A stretch of DNA of 64,000 nt from Candidatus Levyibacteriota bacterium (GTDB lineage Bacteria; Patescibacteriota; Microgenomatia; Levybacterales; UBA12049): NCBI GenBank assembly GCA_963716145.1, contig OY970292.1:405171-469170 (forward strand), written 5' to 3'. The number at the start of each line of letters is the position of its first letter. Position 1 is the stretch's first letter. A program made the translations under genes and the position numbers. The notes under the pieces were generated by a model. That model was given only the letters and a program-made list of their open reading frames with translations, made no database searches and was not told where the DNA came from. This document shows, one piece after another, positions 17,903 through 27,275 of the stretch.

Positions 17903-19021
17903 ATGAAGAAATTAAATAATCCTAATTCCTTATTTATTTTTTTCTTAGTCATATTCTTTTTACTAATGGGCGTATATCTTCTATTGCCTGAAAAAACTCG
18001 GAATATCAAACCTAATAATACCACAGTTATTAGCGAACTATTAAATAGTAGTACCCCTACTCCGGCAAAAACTCAACTTCAAATTCCACCCCCTCAAAAA
18101 ATTCTCCCAACAAACTATCACATTTTTCAAAGCTTTAATAATTGTGGGCCTGCAGCGCTCTCAATGGCTCTATCGCATTATGGAATTACCAAAACACAGG
18201 AGGAATTGGGGCAAAGCCTCAGACCGTACCAAATCGCAAATGGCGATAATGATGATAAGTCTGTAACGCTTGATGAACTCGCCGAGAAAGCAAAAGAATA
18301 CAATCTGATTCCCTATCACCGCCCAAATGGAAGTATAGACTTAGTAAAGCGTTTCATAGCATCCGACATACCGGTTATCGCCCGCACCTGGCTGCATCCA
18401 AACGAAGACATCGGACATTTCAGAGTTATTAAAGGCTATGATGACAGCACTCAGGAAATAATTCAGGATGATTCTTTCGAGGGGCATGATTTGAGATATA
18501 AGTATTCAGATTTTAACGGTATGTGGGGGAAATTTAGCTATGAATACCTGGCCCTTGTGCCAAAAGGTAAAGAGCAAATCGCCCAAGCGATATTAGCAAC
18601 TGATTTTGATAAGCAGCTTGCTTGGGAAAGAGCAGTAAAAAATGCAGAAAAGGAATTGGCTAAAAATCCTCAGGATACATACTCCAGATTCAATTTGTCA
18701 GTCGCTCTTTACAACACGAAAGATTATCAAAAATCAGTTATTGAATTTGAAAAAGTCGAAAACCAACTGCCTTTCCGGACTCTTTGGTACCAGATTGAGC
18801 CGATCCAGGCATATTATGAGATTGGAGACTATCACAGAGTCTTTGCCATAACTGATCAGATTTTAAATAATCAAAACAGAGCCTTTTCAGAACTCTATAT
18901 TATTAGAGGGAAAATTTATCAGAAGCAGGGAGAAATTGACTCTGCAAAACACGAATTCGAAAAGGCGGTGCTCTACAATTCTAACTTAAAAGAAGCAAAA
19001 GAAGCTCTAAATTCACTTTAG
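17903..19021 (+). CDS. Peptidase C39-like domain protein fused to TPR repeats.
   Basis: NNCGPAALSMALSHYG is the C39-like catalytic Cys region. The C-terminus has TPR-like repeats and the N-terminus a transmembrane anchor. Confidence 0.65.
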   Translation: MKKLNNPNSLFIFFLVIFFLLMGVYLLLPEKTRNIKPNNTTVISELLNSSTPTPAKTQLQIPPPQKILPTNYHIFQSFNNCGPAALSMALSHYGITKTQEELGQSLRPYQIANGDNDDKSVTLDELAEKAKEYNLIPYHRPNGSIDLVKRFIASDIPVIARTWLHPNEDIGHFRVIKGYDDSTQEIIQDDSFEGHDLRYKYSDFNGMWGKFSYEYLALVPKGKEQIAQAILATDFDKQLAWERAVKNAEKELAKNPQDTYSRFNLSVALYNTKDYQKSVIEFEKVENQLPFRTLWYQIEPIQAYYEIGDYHRVFAITDQILNNQNRAFSELYIIRGKIYQKQGEIDSAKHEFEKAVLYNSNLKEAKEALNSL

Positions 19022-19059
19022 CTATATAACTGAAAGCTAAAACTAAACTTCAGCAACGC

Positions 19060-19437
19060 TTAATTCTGTGGATTTGAGGTTCCCAAGATTTCGCGGATTT
19101 TTTGGATTAGCTGCTGCGGATTATAATCGGCTTTTAAAAGAACGTATTCAGCGCCATTTTGAAGAAGCTCTTCCTGACTTACGTGGACATTGGTTGATAC
19201 AATCACTTTTATATTTTTTGTTACTGGATTTGCCTTAATACTTTTCAATAAGTCCATACCATTAATTTTGGGGATAAAAAGATCAAGAAGAATAACATCA
19301 GGCATAAAAGATTTTATCTTAACAAGCGCGTCTTCCCCATCCAATGCTGTTTCAAGGATAAAATTTTCAGTCTTGAGAATCTCAACGTACATCTCCCGGA
19401 GAGTTATATCATCTTCAACAACAAGCACCTTATTCAT
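19060..19437 (-). CDS. Stand-alone response-regulator receiver domain.
   Basis: The VLVVEDD, VILLDLFIP and KIK motifs of a CheY-like fold. Confidence 0.8.
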   Translation of the reverse strand: MNKVLVVEDDITLREMYVEILKTENFILETALDGEDALVKIKSFMPDVILLDLFIPKINGMDLLKSIKANPVTKNIKVIVSTNVHVSQEELLQNGAEYVLLKADYNPQQLIQKIREILGTSNPQN

Positions 19438-19532
19438 ATCCTTTCTAATTATTAGCTAATTCATAAAAAAAGTAAATAGCTGCGTAAAAAATGTCTATTG
19501 ACTTAAATCAATCCAGTAAGTAGTATAAAGCA

Positions 19533-20093
19533 ATGGCAAATACCGACGAGCGAAAACCACAAGACGAAACTTGTCCTAAATGCGGTTCCCCACTGGGTGA
19601 GATAACCATCACCAAGACAGGGCGCAAGCTTCAGCGCTGCTCAAAAGGCTCATGGGATGCAGAAACAAAGAAAAATGTGGGATGTGATTACGTCAAATGG
19701 TTTGAGATTGAGCCTGAAATCTTGGATGAAAAATGTCCCAAATGCGGCTCCCCTCTCATACTTGCAACTACCCGCTTTGGGAAAAAGATGAAAAAGTGCT
19801 CAACCGGTGTCTGGAATAAAGATACCAAAAAAGTTGAGGGCTGCGATTATGTTGAATGGATTAACGGAACCACAGAGCCGCTTGATGAAGATTGCCCTGA
19901 TTGCGGACAAAAACTCGTACTATTCACAACAAACGCAGGCAAAAAAATGAAAAAGTGTAGTACCGCAGGATGGGATAGTGAAAAAAGAGTCGCGACAGGT
20001 TGTAAATACGTCTATTGGCTCAAACCCTCAGAGTATGGGGAAAAGGTGGACAATGCCGGAGAAGAATTTTTACCCCCAGAACCTGAAGAATAA
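19533..20093 (+). CDS. Protein with three tandem topoisomerase-type C4 zinc-ribbon modules.
   Basis: Three repeats of about 55 aa: CPKCGSPL...(K)CS.G.W...GCDYV.W. Confidence 0.7.
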   Translation: MANTDERKPQDETCPKCGSPLGEITITKTGRKLQRCSKGSWDAETKKNVGCDYVKWFEIEPEILDEKCPKCGSPLILATTRFGKKMKKCSTGVWNKDTKKVEGCDYVEWINGTTEPLDEDCPDCGQKLVLFTTNAGKKMKKCSTAGWDSEKRVATGCKYVYWLKPSEYGEKVDNAGEEFLPPEPEE

Positions 20094-20627
20094 TTAGCGA
20101 TAAATACCTCTTAAGGTTTTACTTTTTACCAATCCCAATAATTCTCCAATTTGCACATCATTCAACCGATCGCTTATACCCATAATACTCTTAATATCTC
20201 TTTGCGCTAGAAGCTTATCTCTTAGGGTTTCACGCGTCTTTCTATCTCCCTCTCTTAATCCTGCGAAAAGTATCTCCGCTTCTTCCATATTCCCAACACC
20301 TAAACGCACAACCTTACCATCAGGAAAAATTTTGAAGTCATTTGCGACCTCAAATCCCTTCCCTTCAGGATTCCCTATTTCAATTCTTATAAATCTGGAG
20401 GTGTTGTCCGCGGGCTGAAACATTGCTTCAATTTTTACAGTGGGCGATACAATAAAGCCTGCAGAAAAAATGCCTGCTGCTTCTTTAAAACTTCCCATTC
20501 TAGCTAGTTTTTTTACCCGGCTATGAAGTTTTTCCCCGGGTGTTTCACTTTTTTTAAGTCTTTCTTTAAATTTTCTAAATCCTTCTTTCATAAAAAACTG
20601 AAGCTGATTGTACCATACGGAGCTCAC
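20094..20627 (-). CDS. Hypothetical protein (177 aa).
   Basis: ORF only. Confidence 0.4.
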   Translation of the reverse strand: MSSVWYNQLQFFMKEGFRKFKERLKKSETPGEKLHSRVKKLARMGSFKEAAGIFSAGFIVSPTVKIEAMFQPADNTSRFIRIEIGNPEGKGFEVANDFKIFPDGKVVRLGVGNMEEAEILFAGLREGDRKTRETLRDKLLAQRDIKSIMGISDRLNDVQIGELLGLVKSKTLRGIYR

Positions 20628-20663
20628 TTTTAAAACTGTTAGAAGAGATTTTTTAGGAGAAAA

Positions 20664-21584
20664 CTAAATACTCACTCCCTGCGCTTTCGCGCATTGAGGA
20701 CCTTTTAGATATTTTTCCTTACATTCCTTTTTACAAAAAGCCAAACCTGTTTCCTTATCCAAGCAATCATCACATCTTATGTGGTGATAGTGACAAAAAT
20801 TATATTCGCAATTTACGTAAGTGTCACTTGCCTTATTACATTCCATGCACCTGCCAACCACCTCGTGCTCTGGGTCATCAGTATTAAATCCTATTGTTAA
20901 TCTTTTATCAAAAACGTAAAGCTTTCCCAAAAAATGTTCATTTGGGTATTTTTCCATGTATGTCTGAATGCCTCCTTGCAGTTGATAAACATCGTTGAAT
21001 CCATTCATCAGCAGAAAACCGGAGGCTTTCTCACATCTTATTCCTCCTGTGCAAACTGTTACAATAGTTTTGTTTTTGAGATGCTCCAATTTTGGCAAAA
21101 CATCAGGAAGGTCATAAAAATTGTGTATTCCGGACGGAATAAAATCCTTGAAATAACCCGACTGGTATTCATAGTCATTTCGCATATCAACGATGTAAAA
21201 TTCTTTTTTATCATCAAACCACTGATGAAGTTTTTCCGGAGTTATATATTTCCCGCTTACTTTGGTTGGGTCCACAGGTATTCTGACAGTCACTACTTCA
21301 GGACGTACCCGAACTATTAATTTACCAAATGCCTCCCCTGTCCCATCGCTTTTTTTGAATTTGATTCCCACGAACAATTTGTTTCGCGACATTACGGAGA
21401 TATATTTTTTGGTGTCTTTTTCCAACCCTTCAATAGTTCCATTAATACCCTCCGGAGCAACAATAATCCGACCCAAAAGATTAAGAGATTCGCAAAGCGT
21501 TCTTTGCTCACGCAGGACCAACTCTGCATTCTCAATCGAGACGTATTTATAAAAAAGCAAAACCTGGTAGTTAGAGGAATTCAT
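20664..21584 (-). CDS. trhO: Rhodanese-domain tRNA uridine(34) hydroxylase, TrhO/YceA (UPF0176).
   Basis: YKYVSIEN...VAPEGINGT N-terminus, a rhodanese CxGGxRC region (CTGGIRCEKA) and a C-terminal Cys cluster. Confidence 0.8.
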   Translation of the reverse strand: MNSSNYQVLLFYKYVSIENAELVLREQRTLCESLNLLGRIIVAPEGINGTIEGLEKDTKKYISVMSRNKLFVGIKFKKSDGTGEAFGKLIVRVRPEVVTVRIPVDPTKVSGKYITPEKLHQWFDDKKEFYIVDMRNDYEYQSGYFKDFIPSGIHNFYDLPDVLPKLEHLKNKTIVTVCTGGIRCEKASGFLLMNGFNDVYQLQGGIQTYMEKYPNEHFLGKLYVFDKRLTIGFNTDDPEHEVVGRCMECNKASDTYVNCEYNFCHYHHIRCDDCLDKETGLAFCKKECKEKYLKGPQCAKAQGVSI

Positions 21585-21662
21585 ACCTCAATTATAGCAG
21601 AATGCCCACCCTAAAACTTTGTATTTAGTTTTTACGGTGGGCAATGCTCGTCCAACTTACAG

Positions 21663-21809
21663 CTAAGCGTTTCTTTTGATGAAACGCATTAAAAAAACGA
21701 TTATTGCAATGACTAGCAGGACATGAATTATTCCTCCGCCAATATGGAGTCCAAATCCCAATAACCAGAGAACCAATAAAATAATTGCAATTGTTTCTAT
21801 TAAACCCAT
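21663..21809 (-). CDS. lmo0937-family small membrane protein (48 aa). It is not in the ORF track.
   Basis: MGLIETIAIILLVLWLLGFGLHIGGGIIHVLLVIAIIVFLMRFIKRNA. Confidence 0.6.
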   Translation of the reverse strand: MGLIETIAIILLVLWLLGFGLHIGGGIIHVLLVIAIIVFLMRFIKRNA

Positions 21810-21843
21810 TTTTTTCCTCCTTTCTTGAGGAATTCAACTAAAA

Positions 21844-22236
21844 CTAATTAACCATACCACTTGCTCTTCTTGGCTGAGATCCACTAGCCATTTTCGAAGA
21901 GCTTTTTCTGGGACTACTAGACGCGCGCTTTTTTAAAGAGACACTTTTTTTAGTACCGTTTTTACTAGAAGATAGGCCGTTAGTCTTTGCTCTTAATATT
22001 TGAGCTTTTTCACGCATTTTCTGCTCTTCTTTCAAAACTTTGTCCAAGCCTTGTGATGCGCGCTTGGTAAGATCCTCGCCTTTCGATCTAATGCTTTTAA
22101 GCACCTTTCCCGCTTTTTTCCTATTTTTTTTGTTGGAAAGCGCTACTGCAGCAACGCCGGCCGCAACCGCTGCCGTACTTACAATTCCCATCGCTAAGGG
22201 TGTAATCTTTCCATTTTTTTTACTTTTTTCTGCCAT
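21844..22236 (-). CDS. Hypothetical Lys/Ser-rich protein with an N-terminal transmembrane helix.
   Basis: ORF with a low-complexity basic tail. Confidence 0.4.
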   Translation of the reverse strand: MAEKSKKNGKITPLAMGIVSTAAVAAGVAAVALSNKKNRKKAGKVLKSIRSKGEDLTKRASQGLDKVLKEEQKMREKAQILRAKTNGLSSSKNGTKKSVSLKKRASSSPRKSSSKMASGSQPRRASGMVN

Positions 22237-22342
22237 ATAAATTCACCTCCCCTCGGACTTTAATGTGAACCTACTATAAGTTTACTGAGTAATGAGGAAG
22301 TAAAAATGGTGTAAGAATAGAGAAAGAAGCAAGATAGGTTAT

Positions 22343-22744
22343 TTACTTGAGTTGAGTTTGCACAACCTCCAATAACTCCCGCACATCAAATGGTTTTGGC
22401 AGGAAAGCGTTTGCCTCCGACTTCTTAGCCTCCATCATTGCACCGGGTTGGGCTGAAATCATTATAATAGGAATGTTTTTTGTTGCCTTATGGCTCTTTA
22501 ATTTTTTACAAATTATTTTCCCATGCGTACCGGACAGCAATACATCAAGAATTACCAAATCAGGCAGGCTTCTTCTCATACTAATAAAATCCTCAATAAG
22601 ATCCACTTGTTGCGAAATTTCGACTTCATATCCTTCGTTTTCAAGCGTAAATTGGATAGCGTCAAGTATATCCTGATCATCATCAACAACAAGAATTTTT
22701 TTTCCTTTAACCAAACTCTTTTTTTTGTTTAAAAAATTATTCAT
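22343..22744 (-). CDS. Stand-alone response-regulator receiver domain.
   Basis: KILVVDDDQDILD ... LVILDVLL ... KPF. It overlaps the 3' end of the upstream kinase gene by 4 nt. Confidence 0.8.
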   Translation of the reverse strand: MNNFLNKKKSLVKGKKILVVDDDQDILDAIQFTLENEGYEVEISQQVDLIEDFISMRRSLPDLVILDVLLSGTHGKIICKKLKSHKATKNIPIIMISAQPGAMMEAKKSEANAFLPKPFDVRELLEVVQTQLK

Positions 22745-24606
22745 TTCTGCAATGGAATTGTAAAACTAAACTCCGTACCTTTTCCTTTAACGCTCACAAC
22801 CTTTATTTCTCCACCATGACGCTTGATAATTTCATTAGCAATATAGAGCCCCATACCCAACCCGGGGTAGGTTTTTTCTTTTGATCCGGACACGCGGTAA
22901 AACTTTGAAAATATTTTTTTTTGATGTTCAGGGGCTATACCTATACCAAAATCGCGGACGGCAATTTCTGCCGCTTTCTTTTTTTTAGTAAGTGTTATTT
23001 TCACTTTTTTTCCGCCTGGTGAATATTTAACCGCGTTTGTTAACAGATTTGTAATGACCTGGGACAACCGGTCTCTATCTCCAAAAACTTCTTGCCCAAT
23101 CTTTCCTGATAATTCAAACTGATGATTTTTACTCGAATGCTTCAGCATACTGATTATTTCGTTGATCATGTCTTCAATATGGAATTTTTCCATTGTAAAT
23201 TCCATTTTCCCGTGCTCCACCTTTGAAACATTCAGCAAATCTCCAATAAGCACAGCCAACTTTCTGACCTGATTATCTATCTTTTCAAAATATTTAAGAC
23301 TACCTAGTTCCCCGCTTTTTCTATACTTTTCTCTTAGTACCTGAATGTAAAGGTTCAAACTAGTAACCGGAGTTTTGAGTTCATGCGAAGCAACTGAAAT
23401 AAACTCGTCCCTAACCTCAATTGCCTTTTTTGCCTCCGTATAAAGTTGGGCATTTTGTATTGCAAGCGCTACGCGGTTTCCCAACTCCTCAGCAATTGAT
23501 AGATCAGTTGAAGTAAAGTGCCTAGAATTTGTCATGATGAAAGTAATTGCACCAATCGCCGATCCCCCGACAAGAAGCGGAACTTCTATAATCGAGGAGA
23601 GATCAAGACTCCTAATTAACTTAAGAATTTTTTTATTTTCTATGCCTGCAACCAACATTTCATCAGTCACCGCAGGGATGAATTCGGATTTTCCTGATTT
23701 TATTACCCTGGCCACACCGGTATTGGAAGCGAGATCAATCGGATGAGTTTTACGGAATTCACGGGCCAACTTAACCATCTTTGGATCCTTGTGAGCAACA
23801 GCAAGCATTTCAACTTGACCTTCAAAATTTAATGCATCAACAATATACCAATCCGCAATGTGGGGAATAGCTAATTTTGCCACATTGTTTACCGTTGTTT
23901 TGTAGTCAAGCGATGAAGAAAGTAATTTGCTTGCCTCAGAAAGGAATAAAAGTTTTTTTTGGGTTTCTAGCAACTTTTTTTCGCTTTTGCGTCTTTCAGT
24001 TATCTCGAGCTGCGACTGCTTATATAGCCGTGAATTATCAAGCGCTAAAGCAATTCTGTGTCCGATCTCCTGAGCAAATTCCAGATCATTCTTCGTATAA
24101 TACCGGTCACTCCTAACCGAAGAGAGGGTAATTGCTCCAATCACTTTTCCCCGCGCTATAAGAGGAACTCCCATGTATGACTTTAAGCCGATTTTTTTTA
24201 CGCTTTCATAAAGCGGCTTATTGTTCTGAATTGCGTTAAGAATCTTTTCATCTATCACCTCAATTATCTCTGCCTTCCCGCTTCTTAATATTTTTTCAAT
24301 ACCATGAGTCGCCTCTGGCCTTCCTTTATAATTTTCAAATAATTCAGAAGCAAGCTGAACTTTGGAAGGATCTTTGTGATTTACGTTAATTTCTTTAAGC
24401 TGTTTATTTTCATCAACAATAGCAACTCTTGAATAATCGGCAAAGGCCGGTACAAGAAGTTGGGTAATTTCCTGAAGTGTTATATCGTGATCAATCGATG
24501 TGGCAAGCTTATCTATGATGCGCGCAAGAAGTACCTCCCGTCTTGCGAGCGAGGCATTCAGTTTTTTATTTGTTAGATGAGACGAAGACGTACTATCCCT
24601 GTCCAT
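22741..24606 (-). CDS. Sensor histidine kinase with two GAF domains, HisKA and HATPase_c.
   Basis: Tandem GAF-like regions, H-box SVASHELKTPVTS and the N, G1, G2 boxes (NLLTNAVKYS, DFGIGI, GLGMGLY). Confidence 0.85.
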   Translation of the reverse strand: MDRDSTSSSHLTNKKLNASLARREVLLARIIDKLATSIDHDITLQEITQLLVPAFADYSRVAIVDENKQLKEINVNHKDPSKVQLASELFENYKGRPEATHGIEKILRSGKAEIIEVIDEKILNAIQNNKPLYESVKKIGLKSYMGVPLIARGKVIGAITLSSVRSDRYYTKNDLEFAQEIGHRIALALDNSRLYKQSQLEITERRKSEKKLLETQKKLLFLSEASKLLSSSLDYKTTVNNVAKLAIPHIADWYIVDALNFEGQVEMLAVAHKDPKMVKLAREFRKTHPIDLASNTGVARVIKSGKSEFIPAVTDEMLVAGIENKKILKLIRSLDLSSIIEVPLLVGGSAIGAITFIMTNSRHFTSTDLSIAEELGNRVALAIQNAQLYTEAKKAIEVRDEFISVASHELKTPVTSLNLYIQVLREKYRKSGELGSLKYFEKIDNQVRKLAVLIGDLLNVSKVEHGKMEFTMEKFHIEDMINEIISMLKHSSKNHQFELSGKIGQEVFGDRDRLSQVITNLLTNAVKYSPGGKKVKITLTKKKKAAEIAVRDFGIGIAPEHQKKIFSKFYRVSGSKEKTYPGLGMGLYIANEIIKRHGGEIKVVSVKGKGTEFSFTIPLQK

Positions 24607-24641
24607 TTACTGGATAATATAGCATATTTAAAAAGAAGTTT

Positions 24642-24803
24642 CTATTGTGATTTTTGGCCACCTCCATATATTTTGTTAACAGTAGCCCATGCCCTCTCTT
24701 CTGCCTCCTCCTCGGACACCCCCTTCTTCTTGTATCCTTTCTCTATATGCTTTGCTTGCCTCTTTTGCTTACTAGTGTACTTGGATTTATCACCCCTGGG
24801 CAT
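24642..24803 (-). CDS. Small conserved basic protein (MPRGDKSKYTSKQKRQAKHIEKGY...).
   Basis: ORF. It resembles a widespread small stress-associated protein family, which I did not name. Confidence 0.4.
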   Translation of the reverse strand: MPRGDKSKYTSKQKRQAKHIEKGYKKKGVSEEEAEERAWATVNKIYGGGQKSQ

Positions 24804-24890
24804 ATAATCACCCCCTTTTTTTGACAAAATAATTGTAAACAAAAAGAGTTAAAAAGTGTTATAAAAAATGTAAGAGGATAGAAAGAGCAA

Positions 24891-25553
24891 CTATTCTTTT
24901 ATTATGTAACCAAATCCGCGAACTGAGGAAATAAGCTTTTTGCTGCTGCCACCGTCGATTTTTTTCCGTAAATATCCAACATACACATCAACTACCCGAC
25001 TGTCTACATCCATTGAATATTTCCAAACTCTGTTAAGGATCATTTCACGAGTCAGTACGCGACCTTTGTTCACCAGCAGATAATGAAGCAATTTAAATTC
25101 GTGAGGCGTTAGCTGTATTTCATTTCCATTTCTGGTAACTCTTACTGCCTGAGGATCAATAACCAGATCATCCACTTCAATTTTTGCGCTTGTTTCAGTT
25201 CTTAATCTTACCCCAATACGCGCCATAAGCTCATCCAGCTCAAACGGTTTACCGATATAATCATCTGCCCCCAATTTAAACCCATCGACAATATCTGCTG
25301 TCTGATTTTTGGCGGTGAGAATGATAACAGGAAGAGTTGGAAATTGCTTTTTTATTTCGCGGCAAACCGACTCACCTGTTATTTTGGGAAGACCCAAATC
25401 CAGAATAACCAAATCGGGGAGATTTTTTCGGACAGAATCAAGAGCCGCTGCGCCATCTTCAACCGCGTCGACAAGAAAACCATTTTCAGTCAGAAAATTT
25501 TGAATTCCTTCACGGATTGTCTGATCGTCCTCAGCGATTAATATCCTGTTCAT
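24891..25553 (-). CDS. OmpR-family response regulator (receiver plus winged-helix).
   Basis: RILIAEDD...LVILDLGLP...KPF, then LTPHEFKLLHYL...GYLRKKI. Confidence 0.85.
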   Translation of the reverse strand: MNRILIAEDDQTIREGIQNFLTENGFLVDAVEDGAAALDSVRKNLPDLVILDLGLPKITGESVCREIKKQFPTLPVIILTAKNQTADIVDGFKLGADDYIGKPFELDELMARIGVRLRTETSAKIEVDDLVIDPQAVRVTRNGNEIQLTPHEFKLLHYLLVNKGRVLTREMILNRVWKYSMDVDSRVVDVYVGYLRKKIDGGSSKKLISSVRGFGYIIKE

Positions 25554-25610
25554 TTGCTAGCTTAGTATAGCATGCAAGTTTCAATTTGCAAGACGCTTTA
25601 TGTGAAGGTT

Positions 25611-25976
25611 TTAATTAATATTTCGGTCTATTGCTTTTAGTAATATTTCCCGCTGAAACGGTTTTGGTATAAATTCATTTACAGCCAACTTTTGGGCCAT
25701 CTGTTCGGCCTGAGAGCTAGCAGACATCAAAAGTATAGGCAGATTTGCGCCGGCCGCGTTTCGCATATTTGTAATAATGTCCTCAGCATTTTCTCCAGGC
25801 AAAAAATAATCGAGTAAAACAAGATCAGGTTTTTCCTGCTTTGCTTTACCAACTCCTGCGCGTCCCGTATTAAATGAAGCGACATTATACCCTTCCATCT
25901 CGAGCAACATTGAGAGAATTTCACCTATTGAAGCATCATCATCCACTACAAATATTTTTTTTGCCTGATTATCCAT
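25611..25976 (-). CDS. Stand-alone response-regulator receiver domain.
   Basis: KIFVVDDD...LVLLDYFLP...KPF. Confidence 0.8.
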   Translation of the reverse strand: MDNQAKKIFVVDDDASIGEILSMLLEMEGYNVASFNTGRAGVGKAKQEKPDLVLLDYFLPGENAEDIITNMRNAAGANLPILLMSASSQAEQMAQKLAVNEFIPKPFQREILLKAIDRNIN

Positions 25977-26113
25977 ATCCTATATCCATTCTAGTCTTAG
26001 CATCACTCTTGTATATTAAAATTATGTAAGAAAAGCGCAAGAATTGCCTTATAATCAATTATTTTGACAAAAATATTGTCGATTTCAACTATAATATCGA
26101 TAAATCATAATTT

Positions 26114-27275
26114 ATGAAATCATTTAAACTTCAACGGGGGCAGGTTTTGAAAAACAAAAAAACAATTTTCCATAAAATTTTAGATCACATTTTGGCGGTT
26201 CTTTTTTCTCTAATTGGAATATTGATAGTTACTTTAGCTGGTTCTCCACTGAATACTGTACCTTTATTAATTTTTATTCCTCTTATTGTTATTAGTGCAT
26301 GGAACGGAGGATTATCTGCAGGCATATTAACCACTGTAACTTCAGCACTACTTATTGTTTTATATCCTTTTCAATCAAGCAGCATATATGATTATATTGA
26401 TATTGCACATGTCTTCGTGTTTGTTTTATTTGTAATCGAAGGTACTTTTTTCAGTTTTATAATTAATTTGTTGCAGCAGCGGGCCCAGGATCGGAGAGTA
26501 CAAAAAACGCGAGAGGGAGTTAAATAAAAGGATTTTTGAGCTTGAAGAACAAAATAAGAAAAATGAAAAAGAGATAAGGTCCCGTGACGAATTCCTATCA
26601 ATTGCCTCACACGAGCTGAAAACCCCTCTTACGTCGATGCTTCTTCAAACCCAAACAGCACTTCACAATATAAGAAATGTTTCTGTTGCGCATTTTTCTT
26701 TTGAAAATCTTTTGAAGATGCTGGAGAGCGTTGAAAATCAAACAAAAAGACTGTCCAAGATGATAAATGACCTTTTGGCTGTTTCAGTAATTACAATCGG
26801 AAACTTAAATCTCGAATACGAAGAAATTGATCTGGGCAAATTGGTAAAAGGAGTTTTAACTGATTTTCAGGCTAGGATAAATAAAGAAAAGATCGAGGTA
26901 ATATTTAATTCCGAAGAAAAAGTCATTGGCAAGTGGGACAAAATTAGAATTGAGCAGGCTATTTCAAATTTTGTCTCCAACGCAATTAAATACGGCGCAA
27001 ACAAGCCTGTTGAAATTGCTGTCAGGAAAAATAACCGCTATGCGGAATTTGTCATAAAAGACAATGGAATCGGGATTTCCAAATCAAAGCAAAAACTGAT
27101 TTTTGAACTTTTCCAAAGAGCTGTTTCAACTGAAGAATATAAGGGACTTGGTGTCGGACTCTATATAACTCAAAAAATAATTATTGCCCATGGTGGGATA
27201 GTAGAAGTTTCAAGCAGCCCCAACAGAGGCTCAAAATTCACAATGAAGCTCCCCTTCAAAAGACCCCAGAAATAG
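26114..27275 (+). CDS. DUF4118-domain sensor histidine kinase with a probable frameshift in the A6 run at 26503-26508.
   Basis: Track ORF 26114..26527 is a DUF4118-like membrane domain. ORF 26637..27275 is HisKA/HATPase_c. The H-box FLSIASHELKTPLTSM lies between them in the +1 frame. One fewer A rejoins the frames. Confidence 0.75.

Noticed and set aside
21625-21837. Track ORFs at 21625..21837, 63501..63704 and 52256..52612, and the antisense ORFs nested inside real genes (for example 4732..5040, 12144..12326, 59701..59898)
   Set aside because: They are in the wrong frame over recognisable genes or elements (the lmo0937-like gene, the T-box terminator). Their composition is spurious (Cys/Arg-rich). 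They have no start context.
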